From positions 32,001-96,000 of IMG/VR virus record IMGVR_UViG_2880505610_000001: a stretch of 64,000 nucleotides of DNA. One strand, 5' to 3'. Source of the DNA: a virus (lineage: Duplodnaviria; Caudoviricetes). Both the position numbers and the translations under genes were made by a program. The notes beneath the pieces were generated by a model. The model made no database searches and was not told the DNA's origin. It saw only the letters and a program-made list of their open reading frames with translations. Shown piece by piece: positions 46,311 through 56,647 of the stretch (position 1 is its first letter; each line of letters starts with the position of its first letter).

Positions 46311-47071
46311 GGCGTCTCCTCGGTGGTCTGCGCGCCGCGTGCGACCGGACGGGCGTCGAGAGCGCTCAGGATGTGGCAGGCGGGGCAGCCGCCGACCGGG
46401 CTGGGATGGGCGACGCGGTGGATCGTCTCCGCCTCCCGGACGCGCTCCAGGACGGCCGCGCCCTGGTCAACGGCCGCGCGGAACTCGCTGTCGTCGACCC
46501 GGATGGCCACGGTGACCTCGCCCGGCTCGTCGAGGGCGGCGAGGACGTCATCGGCTGGCACGGAGGCGGGCCAGGGTGCGCCGCCGAACTGGCGGGAGAG
46601 CGACCGGTCCTGGGGGTCCTTGGCAGCCTGAGCGAGCGCCCGCACCCGCTCGACGGTGGCCTCGGCTTGCTCGCCGCGCTTCTGCCAGCGGGCGCGTGCG
46701 GCTTCGGCGGCCTCGGCGCGTTCGCGCAGCGCGGTGTACGCCTGCTCGGCGTTGCGGAGCTGGTCCTCGGCCTGCTCGGCGCGCTTCTCTCTGGCCTCCG
46801 CCACCTCGTGCCAGTCCTGGGCGTTCTGCCGTGCGGACTTCGCATCGGCCTCGGCTTCCTCCAGGCGTGCGGCGAGGGTGTCGGCGCGCTCGGTGGCGTC
46901 GACCTGGGCGGCGAGGAGGGCTGGCTCGACGACGGCCATTGCGACGGTGGCCTGATGCGTGTGCCACTCGGTGGTGGCGGGATTCCACTCGCCGCATGAG
47001 CACTCGTTCCCGGTGTCGCCGACCGGGTAGTGGGCTTCGAGGCTGACGGTGATCCGGTTGTGCAGGCTCAT
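46307..47071 (-). CDS. Coiled-coil hypothetical protein
   Basis: RAEQAE repeats, CSC and CPAC. Confidence 0.7.
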   Translation of the reverse strand: MSLHNRITVSLEAHYPVGDTGNECSCGEWNPATTEWHTHQATVAMAVVEPALLAAQVDATERADTLAARLEEAEADAKSARQNAQDWHEVAEAREKRAEQAEDQLRNAEQAYTALRERAEAAEAARARWQKRGEQAEATVERVRALAQAAKDPQDRSLSRQFGGAPWPASVPADDVLAALDEPGEVTVAIRVDDSEFRAAVDQGAAVLERVREAETIHRVAHPSPVGGCPACHILSALDARPVARGAQTTEETP

Positions 47072-47328
47072 GCCTCACCGTCCAGCAGCTTCTCCAGCTC
47101 CCGCACGGACGCCAGGGGCACGCTCCGCCCCAGGATCCGCGGGTCCTTCCCCGGCCTGGGGACGATGAGGATGACCCGGCGCCGGTCGTCTCCGGGCGCC
47201 AAACCAAGCTCGACGACCTGGTTGTAGATCCGGGTGGCAACGGGCGCGGGGACGTTGTCGGTCAGCGTGGTCATGCCGGCGCCATCTGGGGTGCAGATGT
47301 GAAGGGCTACGGTGCGGTCGCTGCTCAT
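47068..47328 (-). CDS. Hypothetical protein
   Basis: ATGA coupling. Confidence 0.6.
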   Translation of the reverse strand: MSSDRTVALHICTPDGAGMTTLTDNVPAPVATRIYNQVVELGLAPGDDRRRVILIVPRPGKDPRILGRSVPLASVRELEKLLDGEA

Positions 47329-47690
47329 CGGAGGTTCTCGCCTTCGCTGGGCCGGGGGCGCCACTGGCCGGACGGTGCTTCTTCTCCCCTGGCCCAGAAG
47401 AACGCCGGGTCGTCGGCGATGGCGCGGGCAAGGTGCGGGTCGACTGCGGCTAGGTCGACGCCGGCGGCGTCCAGGTGCTGGAGGAGGCGGAGGGCGGTGC
47501 CGCGGGCCTGGTCGACCCACGAGGACCGGCCCGGCTGGGTGCCGGCCTCGCCGTGGCAGGGGCACACGCAGTACTCCGGGCGGCCCGGGGCGGCGTATTT
47601 GCAGGAGTTCCTGCAGCTGGTGTGGAGGTCGGGGAGGCCGTCGTTCTGGGCGTGCCAGCAGGCCGTGGACAGGTACTCGTGGGCGCTCAT
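47325..47690 (-). CDS. Cys/His-rich hypothetical protein
   Basis: HEYLSTACWH..CKY..CVCPCH. Confidence 0.7.
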   Translation of the reverse strand: MSAHEYLSTACWHAQNDGLPDLHTSCRNSCKYAAPGRPEYCVCPCHGEAGTQPGRSSWVDQARGTALRLLQHLDAAGVDLAAVDPHLARAIADDPAFFWARGEEAPSGQWRPRPSEGENLR

Positions 47691-48124
47691 AGGAGACCTC
47701 CCGTGGGGACGTCCTCGACGTGCCGGACGTAGATCGGCGTGCACACGCAGACGTACTCGAGGCAGTCGGGGCAGAAGTCGTCGGTCTCGTCCGCGTTCAC
47801 ACGCTGGAGGAGTTCGTCGACGTGGCAGGGGTCGGTGAGTTTGCACCAGCAGCAGAGGTCGCGGCCGGCCAGGTCGCGCCGGGCCTGCTCGATCAGCTCC
47901 GGGTTCTCATCCAGGTCGGTGGCGTACAAGGCGAGGGACTCGCCCAGCGTGTGGACGGCGCCGCCGCACTGCTGACAGGGCTTGCCGACGCGGTGGCGGT
48001 TCCGGTACGGGCTCTGGGGCAAGCCCGGGGCGGCCCGGCCCACGTACACGGCGCCGTCGGGGACACGGCCGTGGAACAGGTCGCCTTCCACCTTCACCCG
48101 GCGGGCCTCAGACATGCCGGCCAC
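47687..48124 (-). CDS. DUF4326 protein
   Basis: VPDGAVYVGR, LAGRDLCCWC..CHVD. Confidence 0.85.
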   Translation of the reverse strand: MAGMSEARRVKVEGDLFHGRVPDGAVYVGRAAPGLPQSPYRNRHRVGKPCQQCGGAVHTLGESLALYATDLDENPELIEQARRDLAGRDLCCWCKLTDPCHVDELLQRVNADETDDFCPDCLEYVCVCTPIYVRHVEDVPTGGLL

Positions 48125-48392
48125 CTCGCCAGGCCGTTCTCTTTCGCGCCACCTCCGGGCACTGGTTCATGTGCCCGTCGAGCGCCTTGATCTGTCGGCG
48201 GAGTTCCTTCTCCAGATCGTCCGACCGTTGTTGGGTGCGTGCGTGCTCGTCCTTCAGTTCCGCGACCTGCTGCTCGGCCCGTGCCTCGGCGGCGGCGATA
48301 CGAGGGGCTGCGATCTCCCTGGCCCTGGCCTCGATGTAGTTGTCGAGGTTCGCGGTGATCTCCGCGAGCCGGGTAGTCATGTCGTCAGTCAT
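48108..48392 (-). CDS. Coiled-coil hypothetical protein
   Basis: Coupled ORF. Confidence 0.6.
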   Translation of the reverse strand: MTDDMTTRLAEITANLDNYIEARAREIAAPRIAAAEARAEQQVAELKDEHARTQQRSDDLEKELRRQIKALDGHMNQCPEVARKRTAWRGGRHV

Positions 48393-48693
48393 CGACGAGC
48401 ACCGCCTCGGTCTCTTCGTGCGGACACGCCCGCTTGAGCATCAGCGGGTACACCTCGCGGGAGTACCGCTCGTGGGTCATCAGCTCCATGCGAAGCCCTT
48501 CACGCTGGACCCGGTCCCGCTCGCGCTTACGGGCGAAGAACTCCTTCCACGCGTCGTCCTCCGTGATGACCGGGTCCGGGCGGTCCGGGCTGGCGTAGGT
48601 CACCCCGCGGGGGCAGCCGCACGCCTCCCACAGCACGTACTGGCAGCCGGCCAGCGGAACGGTCTTGCCTTCGAGTTCGACCATGAGGTTCAT
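48385..48693 (-). CDS. Hypothetical protein
   Basis: RBS AAGGAG; CGCP. Confidence 0.7.
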   Translation of the reverse strand: MNLMVELEGKTVPLAGCQYVLWEACGCPRGVTYASPDRPDPVITEDDAWKEFFARKRERDRVQREGLRMELMTHERYSREVYPLMLKRACPHEETEAVLVDD

Positions 48694-48784
48694 CGGTTCT
48701 CCTTCTGGGGGGTTAGTGAGTCCTTGGAGCGCCTTGTGGAGCTATGCCGTGTGCGGATTGGCCAGCTCCCGGCGCGGCGGCCGG

Positions 48785-50464
48785 TCACGCGGCGGTAGCA
48801 AAGTCGGGTCCGCTGTCTTGACGGGTGTGGATGACGGCTCGCAGCCGGGCCCCGATCCACGCACCAACCTGCGGGGACACGGCGTTACCGAACCCGTCCA
48901 CCTGGTTGCGGGCGGAGCCCCACACGACGAAAGTCCCGCTGTAACCAGGGAAGTCGACGTCGAAGCCACAACCGCGGCCGATCTCGTGCTTGGCCATCAT
49001 GCGGAAGTAGCAGTCCTCGAGCGACAGGCTCGCGAGCGTGGCCCGCCACTGAGCCATGACCTGCGCGTCGACCCCACTGCGGTCGATCGACCCAGCGGCT
49101 GAGAGCAGCCCGGGGACCTGGTCCGAGGTGAACGTCGGCATCGCCTCGTGGTGCACCGCAGGAACCGTGTTCTTCCGATACGGGATGACCCCGGAGGACA
49201 CCACAGCAAGCGTCTCCGAACCCACCTGAGTGGGCAACGGTTCGCCGACACCGCGCGGGCCGCCCTGATAGTTGTCCACCGCCAGGAGGAGCGCCTTCTC
49301 GTGGGTGCTCGTTGCCGTGTCCATCGGCAAGGCGATGTTCTTCCCGTCCCCGTTGTGGCGGTGCGCCGCGAACACCGCACCGGTAGACAGGAGCGTGGTC
49401 TCCTGCTGGCTGGTCTGCGTCGCCAGCGGCTGCAGCGGATGACGCTCCGAGCCGTGCACGGCCTTCGCCGGCATGAGCACCGCGGGGAAGTCCGCGAAAC
49501 GCTGACGGCACCGCTCGGCGCGGGCCATGGTCCCCGGCTTTAGAGGCTTCGCCCGGTCGCCGATCCGGGTCCCGAGGTCGGTGAGGTCGAGCGCGGCCAG
49601 CGATGGCGTCATCGGCGGAACGACCGGACGGCGGCACGATGGGCAGCGGTACTCGTACTGCTTGCCGTACCGCACCGACCCGGTCGGCGGGATCCCGGTG
49701 CGCCACGTCCACACTGCTTCCACGTCCTTGTCGCAGTGGTGGCACCGCGACACCGGCCTGTGCTCCAGGTCGGGTTCGGGAAGGGACTTGTCCCAGAAAG
49801 CGATGTACAGCCGGTCTCGCGACTGCGGAACGCCGAAGAACATCGAGTTCAGGTACAGCACCTTGTACCGGTAGTTGAGCAGGTCGAATTGCTTGAGCCA
49901 CCACCGGTAGGTGGAGCCGTCCCCGACCTTCGGGCGGCCGGGAATCGCCGGCCCCCACGAGGTGAGTTCGGTCGTGCATTCGACGAGGATCAGCCGCGGG
50001 TGGTGCTGGGCGACGTAGTGCAGGACGCAGGACGCGGTCGCCCGGTCCCGCTCGGACCTGGTGACCCGAGCCTCGAAGTCCGGGTCATCGAGCTCGAACA
50101 AGGTCAGGCCCTGCTCATAAGCCTTGACCGTGTTCGCCTGCGAGTGATTAACGCATGAAATTCCCGCGACCAGCAGGTCCCCCGCAGGGAGGTCTCGAGC
50201 GGAGTGGTAGTCCGCCGCCTCGGGGTCGACCAGGTCAGCGATCCAGTGCTCGGCGTGCGGGTGGTTCGCCTCGTGGACTTCGACCTTGTAGCTGTTGTGG
50301 TTCGCCGCCATGATCGTGGTGAACCCGGCTATCTCGATACCGCGGGTGAGGCCCCCGAAGCCGGAGAACAGGTCGACCGCAACGAGGTCGTCATGGCGGA
50401 ATCGACGGCGCCTGGTGGCCGGTCGGTGCGTGGCAGTGCGGCTCTTCTTCGGCGCGTTAGCCAT
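48785..50464 (-). CDS. DNA (cytosine-5) methyltransferase
   Basis: DLFSGFGG, ISC (motif IV variant), PQSRDR, GNAVSP. Confidence 0.9.
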   Translation of the reverse strand: MANAPKKSRTATHRPATRRRRFRHDDLVAVDLFSGFGGLTRGIEIAGFTTIMAANHNSYKVEVHEANHPHAEHWIADLVDPEAADYHSARDLPAGDLLVAGISCVNHSQANTVKAYEQGLTLFELDDPDFEARVTRSERDRATASCVLHYVAQHHPRLILVECTTELTSWGPAIPGRPKVGDGSTYRWWLKQFDLLNYRYKVLYLNSMFFGVPQSRDRLYIAFWDKSLPEPDLEHRPVSRCHHCDKDVEAVWTWRTGIPPTGSVRYGKQYEYRCPSCRRPVVPPMTPSLAALDLTDLGTRIGDRAKPLKPGTMARAERCRQRFADFPAVLMPAKAVHGSERHPLQPLATQTSQQETTLLSTGAVFAAHRHNGDGKNIALPMDTATSTHEKALLLAVDNYQGGPRGVGEPLPTQVGSETLAVVSSGVIPYRKNTVPAVHHEAMPTFTSDQVPGLLSAAGSIDRSGVDAQVMAQWRATLASLSLEDCYFRMMAKHEIGRGCGFDVDFPGYSGTFVVWGSARNQVDGFGNAVSPQVGAWIGARLRAVIHTRQDSGPDFATAA

Positions 50465-50555
50465 CAGGCGACTCCTTCATGGTTTCGAGGTGGGTGGTTG
50501 ATGGCTCGCTGGAGGTGTTGGCCTGTGGCGTCTAGGACCTTCTCGATGCAGCGGC

Positions 50556-52015
50556 TCATGCCCGTGCCTCTTCCGCAGAGCGGGCCCACGCCCGCACGAT
50601 CGCTCGGGCTTCCGCTCGAGCCGACCCGTTACCAGATGCGGCCCGGTCCAGCACGGCGGCCCGGCGGCGCCACTCCCTCAGCTCGGGGCACCTGGGTCCG
50701 TGCTCGACCCGGATCAGCGCAGCCACCACGGCGAACCCGTCCTCCGGCGACTCGATCGTCGGGGCGTTCACGGCTGCTCCCGCTGCGGCTGCACGAGGTG
50801 CACGTACGGCTCGCACCGGTGGTCCTGCTGCCACCGCTTGGCGTCTTCGATGGTGAACGGGTCTTCCGCGTAGCCGTCCTCCTCGGAGGCGGCGCTGTCG
50901 CACGTTTCGCAGCGGGCGTCCCACTTCGGTTCGCTCTTCTCGCGGCCGGCGCACCACGGGCAGTACACCCGCGTGACCTGCTTGCCGCCGAGGGTGTTGC
51001 CTTCCCAGACCGTCCACCCGGCGGCGCGGGCGGCGTCAGCGCCGGGCAGGGTGTACCGGCCGCGCGGCTCTTCGAACGTGACCGGGCAGTTCTGGCAGCG
51101 GATGCTTGTGAGGGGAAGCGTGGCAGTGGTCATGAGGGGTTCTCCTTGCTCGCGTTCTCGTGGCGAACAGCGGCCTTCATCCGGCGCCGCTCGCGGAAGT
51201 TCTCGGCTGCCTGCTGGTGCAGCGCAGCCGCGTCATGGTGCTGGCCGACCGCGGCCACGAGTGCGTGGTAGCGGTCCTCCTGCCGGTCCGGTTCCGCCTT
51301 GAGTTCGGTGAGACGCTCCTCGAGTTCCGTCACTTCTTCGGCGGTTGTCTTGCAGGTGCAGGGTGCTTCCCAGTCCTGGACGCGCTCCATGCAGCCCGGC
51401 ACCAGAAGCCGGGTGTTCGGATCCTCCGAGGGGGCGATCCACGCGCAGCGGAGTTCACGCGGCCCGGTCACTGTGAAGCCTCCGTCCGGGAGGTTCCTGT
51501 GCGTCGGGCGTCCAGCGGCGTCACATCGGCTGCCAGGCCATCGGCCCAGTCAGCTGCGGCAAGCAGCGCCATCGCCAGGCGGCGGGCATCGTCGGAGGTA
51601 AGGGCGTCGAAATCGGCTGCGGCCCCGCTCCGCCCGTGCTCAGGACAGGTCACGTACACGTGCCGAGGTTCGACCAGGTCGTCGTCGATCGTTCGGACGG
51701 TCCAGTTCCTTACCGGATGCCACGCGGCGCCCGGGCTCGGCTCCGGGTGCTGGGTGACCACGGTGGGGCGGGGTTTGGCAGTGGTGTCGATCTGCGACAG
51801 CAGGCCGGCGATCTGCGCGCGGAGGGTGGCGATGGTCTGCTCGGTGGCGCTCATTGGGCACCTGGCCTGTGGTCGTCGCAGCGCCACCCGCACGCGTACA
51901 GCAGGGCGTCCTTGCCGCACTTGCGGGAGGTGTCGGAACAGTCAGCGAGGGCGCCGCACCGGTACAGCTCGATGCGAGGGCGGGGCGGGGGCGCCGGCAT
52001 GTTCGAGGCGGTCAT
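50556..52015 (-). other. Five small coupled early genes (50556-50771, 50768-51133, 51130-51471, 51468-51854, 51851-52015)
   Basis: ATGA/GTGA overlaps, several Cys motifs. Confidence 0.6.
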
Positions 52016-53226
52016 GCGATCTCCTCGAAGAGTGGGTCCTGTCCAGACGGAACAGGCGGGGGCTTCGGCACGCCCAGTGCCCGGGCCCGTTCGCCCGGGT
52101 CCGCGGTGCGCCACTGCGCGAGTCGGCAGTAGTCCGCGGACATGTCCACGCTGATGCCGTGACGGCCGTGGACGTCGGCGACGAGGGCAGTGGTGCCGGT
52201 GCCGCCGAACGGGTCGAGTACGACGGCTGGGCGCGTGGGCGCGTCCGGGGTGGAGCAGGCGCAGGCGTAGCCGACGATGCGGTCTGGCTTGGCGATGCGC
52301 CGCTGCCACCGCTCCGTTCCGCCGTCCATGGTCGAGCGGGTACGTGATCCGTCGCGGCTGGCAGGATTGTTGTCTCCGCCGAGCAGGCCCGGCTTATCAA
52401 CTACCGGCCGGCGGCCGTCGCCGCACGCGGTGCAGACACCGGACGGTGACCATCCGAGGATGATGCTGCGGATCAGCGCCGGCGGGTATGCGGCGAAGTG
52501 CTCGACATCGAGGTGCTCTGGGACCCGCAGCGGTTGAGTCCCGACCTCCCACACCGACCCCGGCAAAGCGCCGAGCGGGTGCTGCCCGTCGTAGTGGCCC
52601 GTCCCGGTCCGGACGTGGTTGACGTTCCGTGCGTTGAACGCGCTTCGGCCAGCCACCCGCCGCGGCGCTGCGTGCGGCTTGCGGATCTCATCGACGGCCG
52701 AGAAGTAGTGCGGCTCCTTGGTCAGGTGCACCCAGTCTTCATGTGACCGTCGGACTCGGTCTGTCACCGACTCGGGCATCGCCGAGGGCTTGTCCCAGAT
52801 GACGACCGCCCGGGCGATGAGCCCCAGCTTGTCCACCGCGCCGATGCGGTACCTCTCCGGCAGCAGCATCAGCGACTTCTCCGGCATGTCCTTCGGGCGC
52901 ACGTACCGCGGGCTGGCCGCCCGCCAGGTGAAGCCGTCGGAGGACCCCCGCCAGGCGCCGCGGGTGCGGTTAACGTACTTGTCACCGAGTAGGACGAAGA
53001 TGGATCCGGAAGGCTTGAGGACCCGCGACCACTCGGCCGTGCAATCGAGCAGCGCAGTGATGTAGTCCTGCGGGTCAGGCTCGGCGCCGATTTGCCCCTC
53101 GTAGTGGCGTCCACCATCGGTGTAGGAGCGGAGCCCCCAGTAGGGCGGGCTGGTGACGATGAGATCCACGGACTCGTCCGGGAGTGGGAGACGGCGCGCG
53201 TCGGCGCGGAGGATCACGGCGGTCAT
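52012..53226 (-). CDS. DNA amino-methyltransferase (N4C/N6A, beta class)
   Basis: TSPPY before VLDPFGGTGTT; HFAAYP. Confidence 0.92.
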   Translation of the reverse strand: MTAVILRADARRLPLPDESVDLIVTSPPYWGLRSYTDGGRHYEGQIGAEPDPQDYITALLDCTAEWSRVLKPSGSIFVLLGDKYVNRTRGAWRGSSDGFTWRAASPRYVRPKDMPEKSLMLLPERYRIGAVDKLGLIARAVVIWDKPSAMPESVTDRVRRSHEDWVHLTKEPHYFSAVDEIRKPHAAPRRVAGRSAFNARNVNHVRTGTGHYDGQHPLGALPGSVWEVGTQPLRVPEHLDVEHFAAYPPALIRSIILGWSPSGVCTACGDGRRPVVDKPGLLGGDNNPASRDGSRTRSTMDGGTERWQRRIAKPDRIVGYACACSTPDAPTRPAVVLDPFGGTGTTALVADVHGRHGISVDMSADYCRLAQWRTADPGERARALGVPKPPPVPSGQDPLFEEIA

Positions 53227-53441
53227 GCGACGTCACCCGCCGACGAGGCGTCCTCTGGCAGCGCTGCGATGTTCCACCAGCACGGCCACACGTGGCCGCA
53301 CTCCTGGCAGCGGTAGGCGCCCACCAGGCTCTCCCCGCGGATGTCCGTCTCGTACGGCTCGAACGGCCCGGCCAGGCACTCCGGGCAGCAGTCGGCGTAC
53401 GCCCCCGTGCCGCTCATGACAGGGCCCCGCTCGGTGACCAC
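53223..53441 (-). CDS. Small Zn-ribbon protein
   Basis: CPEC..YRCQECGHVW. Confidence 0.65.
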   Translation of the reverse strand: MVTERGPVMSGTGAYADCCPECLAGPFEPYETDIRGESLVGAYRCQECGHVWPCWWNIAALPEDASSAGDVA

Positions 53442-54763
53442 TCCTTGGCCATGTCCATCGCCCGGGAGTAGTGGCCCTGGAACACCACCACGATGGTGCC
53501 CGTCGCGCCGTTCCGGTTCTTCTCGACGAGCAGGTCCATCTCGCCGGCCCGCGGGGACTCCTTGTCGTAGGCGTCCTCGCGGTGCAGCAGGATCACGATG
53601 TCGGCGTCCTGCTCCACTGCACCGCTGTCCCTCAGCTCCGACATTGCCGGGCGCCGGTCCGTGCGTTTGGTCGACTCCCGGTTGAGCTGGGACAGGGCGA
53701 CAATGGGGACCTCAAACTCCTTGGCGAGGAGCTTCAGCCCGCGGGACAGTTCGGCGACCTGGCGTTCCCGGCTGTCAGCCTTCGGGGCCTCCATCAGGCC
53801 CATGTAGTCCACGATCACGAGCCGGGCCGGGTCGGTTCGGGACATGCCGCGGAGCCGCGCGCGGATCCTGCCCAGGGAGCAGTGGGGGGTGTCGTCCACC
53901 ACCAGCGGGGCCTGCAGGATCCGGTCGTGCTTGGCCGCGATCCGGTCCCAGTCGGCGTCGGTGAGGTTGTTGTCCCGGATCCGGTCCAGCGTCACCTGCG
54001 CTTCGGCGGCCAGGACACGGTCGGCAAGTTCCGCGGCCTGCATCTCCAGCGAGAAGAACAGGGTGCGGTACTTCAGCCGGATCGCGGCGTTCCGTGCGAT
54101 GTCCATCCCGATGACGCTCTTACCGACGGACGGCCGCGCGCCGATGATGACGAGTTGGCCGGGTCGCAGACCGGCCAGCAGCATCTGAAGGTCGGTGTAG
54201 GGGGCCTCGACGAACTCGACCGGGGCCTGGTTCTCCAGGGCCTCCAACCTGGCCGTCACGGCGTCGCCGATGGTGCAGAGGTCGGTTCCTGTCACGCGGG
54301 CCGTGGCCTTGTCCAGGCGCTGCCGGATCATGTCCACGTCGCGGTCCAGGTCGAAGTTGCGGCTCGCGACGAGCTGGCCGATCAGCGGGCCGACCTCGGC
54401 GACGCCCCGGCGGATCGCGTCGTCACGGACGACCGTCGCGGCGTACTCCCAGGCGGCTGTGCCGGCCCGGGCCATCAGGTCCATCAAGGCTGGCCCGGCG
54501 CCGACCTTCGTGACCGTGCCCTGCCGGGTGAGCTCGGCCAACACTGACACCGGGTCCACGTCGGCGCCTCGGTCGATCAGGGAGACCACGGCCTCGAATA
54601 CCAGCCGGTGCCGCGACTTGTAGAAGTCCGCGGGCTGTACGGTCTCGGCCACGGTCTCGGCGGCGATCCGGGACTGGATGACCGATCCGATCAGCGCCTG
54701 CTCGGCAGCGATCACAGCATCCGTTGGGGCCCAGCCGGGGACGGTGATCTCGTCGATGGTCAC
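53414..54763 (-). CDS. dnaB: Replicative DNA helicase
   Basis: GARPSVGKS, FSLEM, LSQLNR, LRDSGAVEQDAD, KNRNG. Confidence 0.96.
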   Translation of the reverse strand: MTIDEITVPGWAPTDAVIAAEQALIGSVIQSRIAAETVAETVQPADFYKSRHRLVFEAVVSLIDRGADVDPVSVLAELTRQGTVTKVGAGPALMDLMARAGTAAWEYAATVVRDDAIRRGVAEVGPLIGQLVASRNFDLDRDVDMIRQRLDKATARVTGTDLCTIGDAVTARLEALENQAPVEFVEAPYTDLQMLLAGLRPGQLVIIGARPSVGKSVIGMDIARNAAIRLKYRTLFFSLEMQAAELADRVLAAEAQVTLDRIRDNNLTDADWDRIAAKHDRILQAPLVVDDTPHCSLGRIRARLRGMSRTDPARLVIVDYMGLMEAPKADSRERQVAELSRGLKLLAKEFEVPIVALSQLNRESTKRTDRRPAMSELRDSGAVEQDADIVILLHREDAYDKESPRAGEMDLLVEKNRNGATGTIVVVFQGHYSRAMDMAKEWSPSGALS

Positions 54764-55443
54764 GTCGCCCTCCTACGGTCTTCGCCCTTGATCGAGACCT
54801 GCTGGCACATCTCCACCAGCCGCGACGCGACCCGCTCCCCCATTTCGGCCCTGAGCTGCTTGGGGAGGGCGTTGGAGGTGAACAGCGTGGGTCGCGCCGC
54901 CTCGTACCGCCGGTTCACCAGCCGGGTGTTGACCTCTTCCACCCACTCGGAGTTCTTTGCCGCGGCCAGGTCGTCCACGGCCAGCAGCGGCGCATTCACC
55001 ACTGCGGCGAACTCGGCCTCGGCGTCGACCTGGTGCCGTGGACGCAGCCGCGCGTACAGGTCGGCCGCGGAGATCACCAGCCAGCGGGCGTGGAGGCCGA
55101 ACAGGCCGATGACCCGCATGGCGCCGTAGGTCTCGTGTGTCTTGCCGACGCCGGTCGGGCCGAGCAGAAGCAGCGACGGCCCGCGCTGTACCGTCGCGAT
55201 CTGCTGTCCGCGCGCCTGCGACTGGGTGACCGCGGAACGGATCACCTCGGCCGCCCATGCCTGTACCTCGGGAACGGTGGGCAGGGCGTGCTCGAACCGT
55301 GCCGGGACGTGTTCTGCGGCGTATTCCGCCGCCTTCTGCGCGCGCTCAGAGATCAGGCGCTCGTCGGCGCCCAGCGGCATGTCCAGGCTGTGCCGGGCTT
55401 TGAAGTCGGTCAGCCACTCGTCCGTTGAGGGGGGTGTGGTCAT
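54760..55443 (-). CDS. DnaC/IstB-like helicase loader
   Basis: GPTGVGKT, LAVDDL, FTSN, RVASRL, GEDRR. Confidence 0.92.
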   Translation of the reverse strand: MTTPPSTDEWLTDFKARHSLDMPLGADERLISERAQKAAEYAAEHVPARFEHALPTVPEVQAWAAEVIRSAVTQSQARGQQIATVQRGPSLLLLGPTGVGKTHETYGAMRVIGLFGLHARWLVISAADLYARLRPRHQVDAEAEFAAVVNAPLLAVDDLAAAKNSEWVEEVNTRLVNRRYEAARPTLFTSNALPKQLRAEMGERVASRLVEMCQQVSIKGEDRRRAT

Positions 55444-55444
55444 G

Positions 55445-56509
55445 TCAGAGGCTTTCGTCGTAGGCGGATTGGTCCGCGGGGTTCTGGTAGGGCCGGTGGC
55501 CGCCTGAGGTGCCGGTTGGCCTCAGGCCGCGGCGCTGACGCACGTCTGTGATCGCGAACGTGAGGGTGTTCTGGGTGACTGGTCTTCCGTCCTGGCCGAG
55601 GGTGTTGAGAGCGAACGCCAGGTCGTCGCGGTCGATCTCGTTTCTCAGCGCGGTCAGGATGATCTGCCGGATCGCGATCCACGACTGGGCGGTCGTCTTG
55701 GAGTACCGCTCCCAGTAGCCATTGGTCAGGCCGTCAGCGACGTCGTCCTCAGGGGTCCGGTTCGGCTTTCGTTTGGAGCGGCGCTTCTTCGGTTTGGCCT
55801 GCGCACCGGAGATCAGGAACAGGTCGGGTGCGTCGCTTCCCGGCGTCGACGGTGATCCGGCGGAGGGCTCGGGCGGAGGGGGTTCCTCCTCCTTGCTGCC
55901 GTCGTCCGCCTCCGGCGATCGGTTGGGGGAAGGGCTCGGCTGAGGGTTGCTGGAAGGGTCAGCGGAACCCTTAGGCGGAGGGGTCCCCGATCCCTTGCCG
56001 AGGCTGCGTTCAAGGTCGGCGATGAACCCGTCCAGGATTGGCTTGACGTTGTGAGACTTGCTCTGGTGGACGGGGATGCGCCGGAGTTCCTCAAGCAGTT
56101 CGGCGAGGATCGTGGGCGACTCCACAAGGGTCGCCGCTTCCCTCGCAGCCTTCAGCACGTTGGGCATCGCCCAGATCCCATCGAGACGGATCAAGGAGCG
56201 GACGAACACCTCCTCGGTGTCCTCGTCCACCACGATCAGCGGCCGGCTCGGCTCCACCGGGTCACCATCGGCGGAAGAGCGCTGGAACGGTCGCGACAGA
56301 GCCTTAAGGTCCTCTTCGACCTGCGCGGCCGTGAGCCCCTCGGCGGAACGTGCCCAGCGCCGCATGCGCAGCGAGATCACTCCGCAGTAGCTGAGGTCCT
56401 TCTGCGACAGCAGGAAGAAGTACAGGCGCTGCTCGCGCGGAGTGAGGGCGAGGAAAACCTCGTCGTTCCAGATGGAGGCGAAGATCCTCGCCTCTTTGCG
56501 ACCGGCCAT
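55445..56509 (-). CDS. Replication initiator protein
   Basis: ARIFASIW..QRLYFFLLSQ..LSYCG; Pro/Ser linker; upstream of loader and helicase. Confidence 0.8.
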   Translation of the reverse strand: MAGRKEARIFASIWNDEVFLALTPREQRLYFFLLSQKDLSYCGVISLRMRRWARSAEGLTAAQVEEDLKALSRPFQRSSADGDPVEPSRPLIVVDEDTEEVFVRSLIRLDGIWAMPNVLKAAREAATLVESPTILAELLEELRRIPVHQSKSHNVKPILDGFIADLERSLGKGSGTPPPKGSADPSSNPQPSPSPNRSPEADDGSKEEEPPPPEPSAGSPSTPGSDAPDLFLISGAQAKPKKRRSKRKPNRTPEDDVADGLTNGYWERYSKTTAQSWIAIRQIILTALRNEIDRDDLAFALNTLGQDGRPVTQNTLTFAITDVRQRRGLRPTGTSGGHRPYQNPADQSAYDESL

Positions 56510-56647
56510 CAGGTGTTGTGCTCCCCCTGCTAGTTCGCGGATAGGTGGTTGGTGACGCCTGCGAACCTATGCCAACCGTACATGTGGCATTGGCCAATAG
56601 GCAACGTGGCATACTGGCCACATGCGCATGCGTGCGACCATGGAGAG

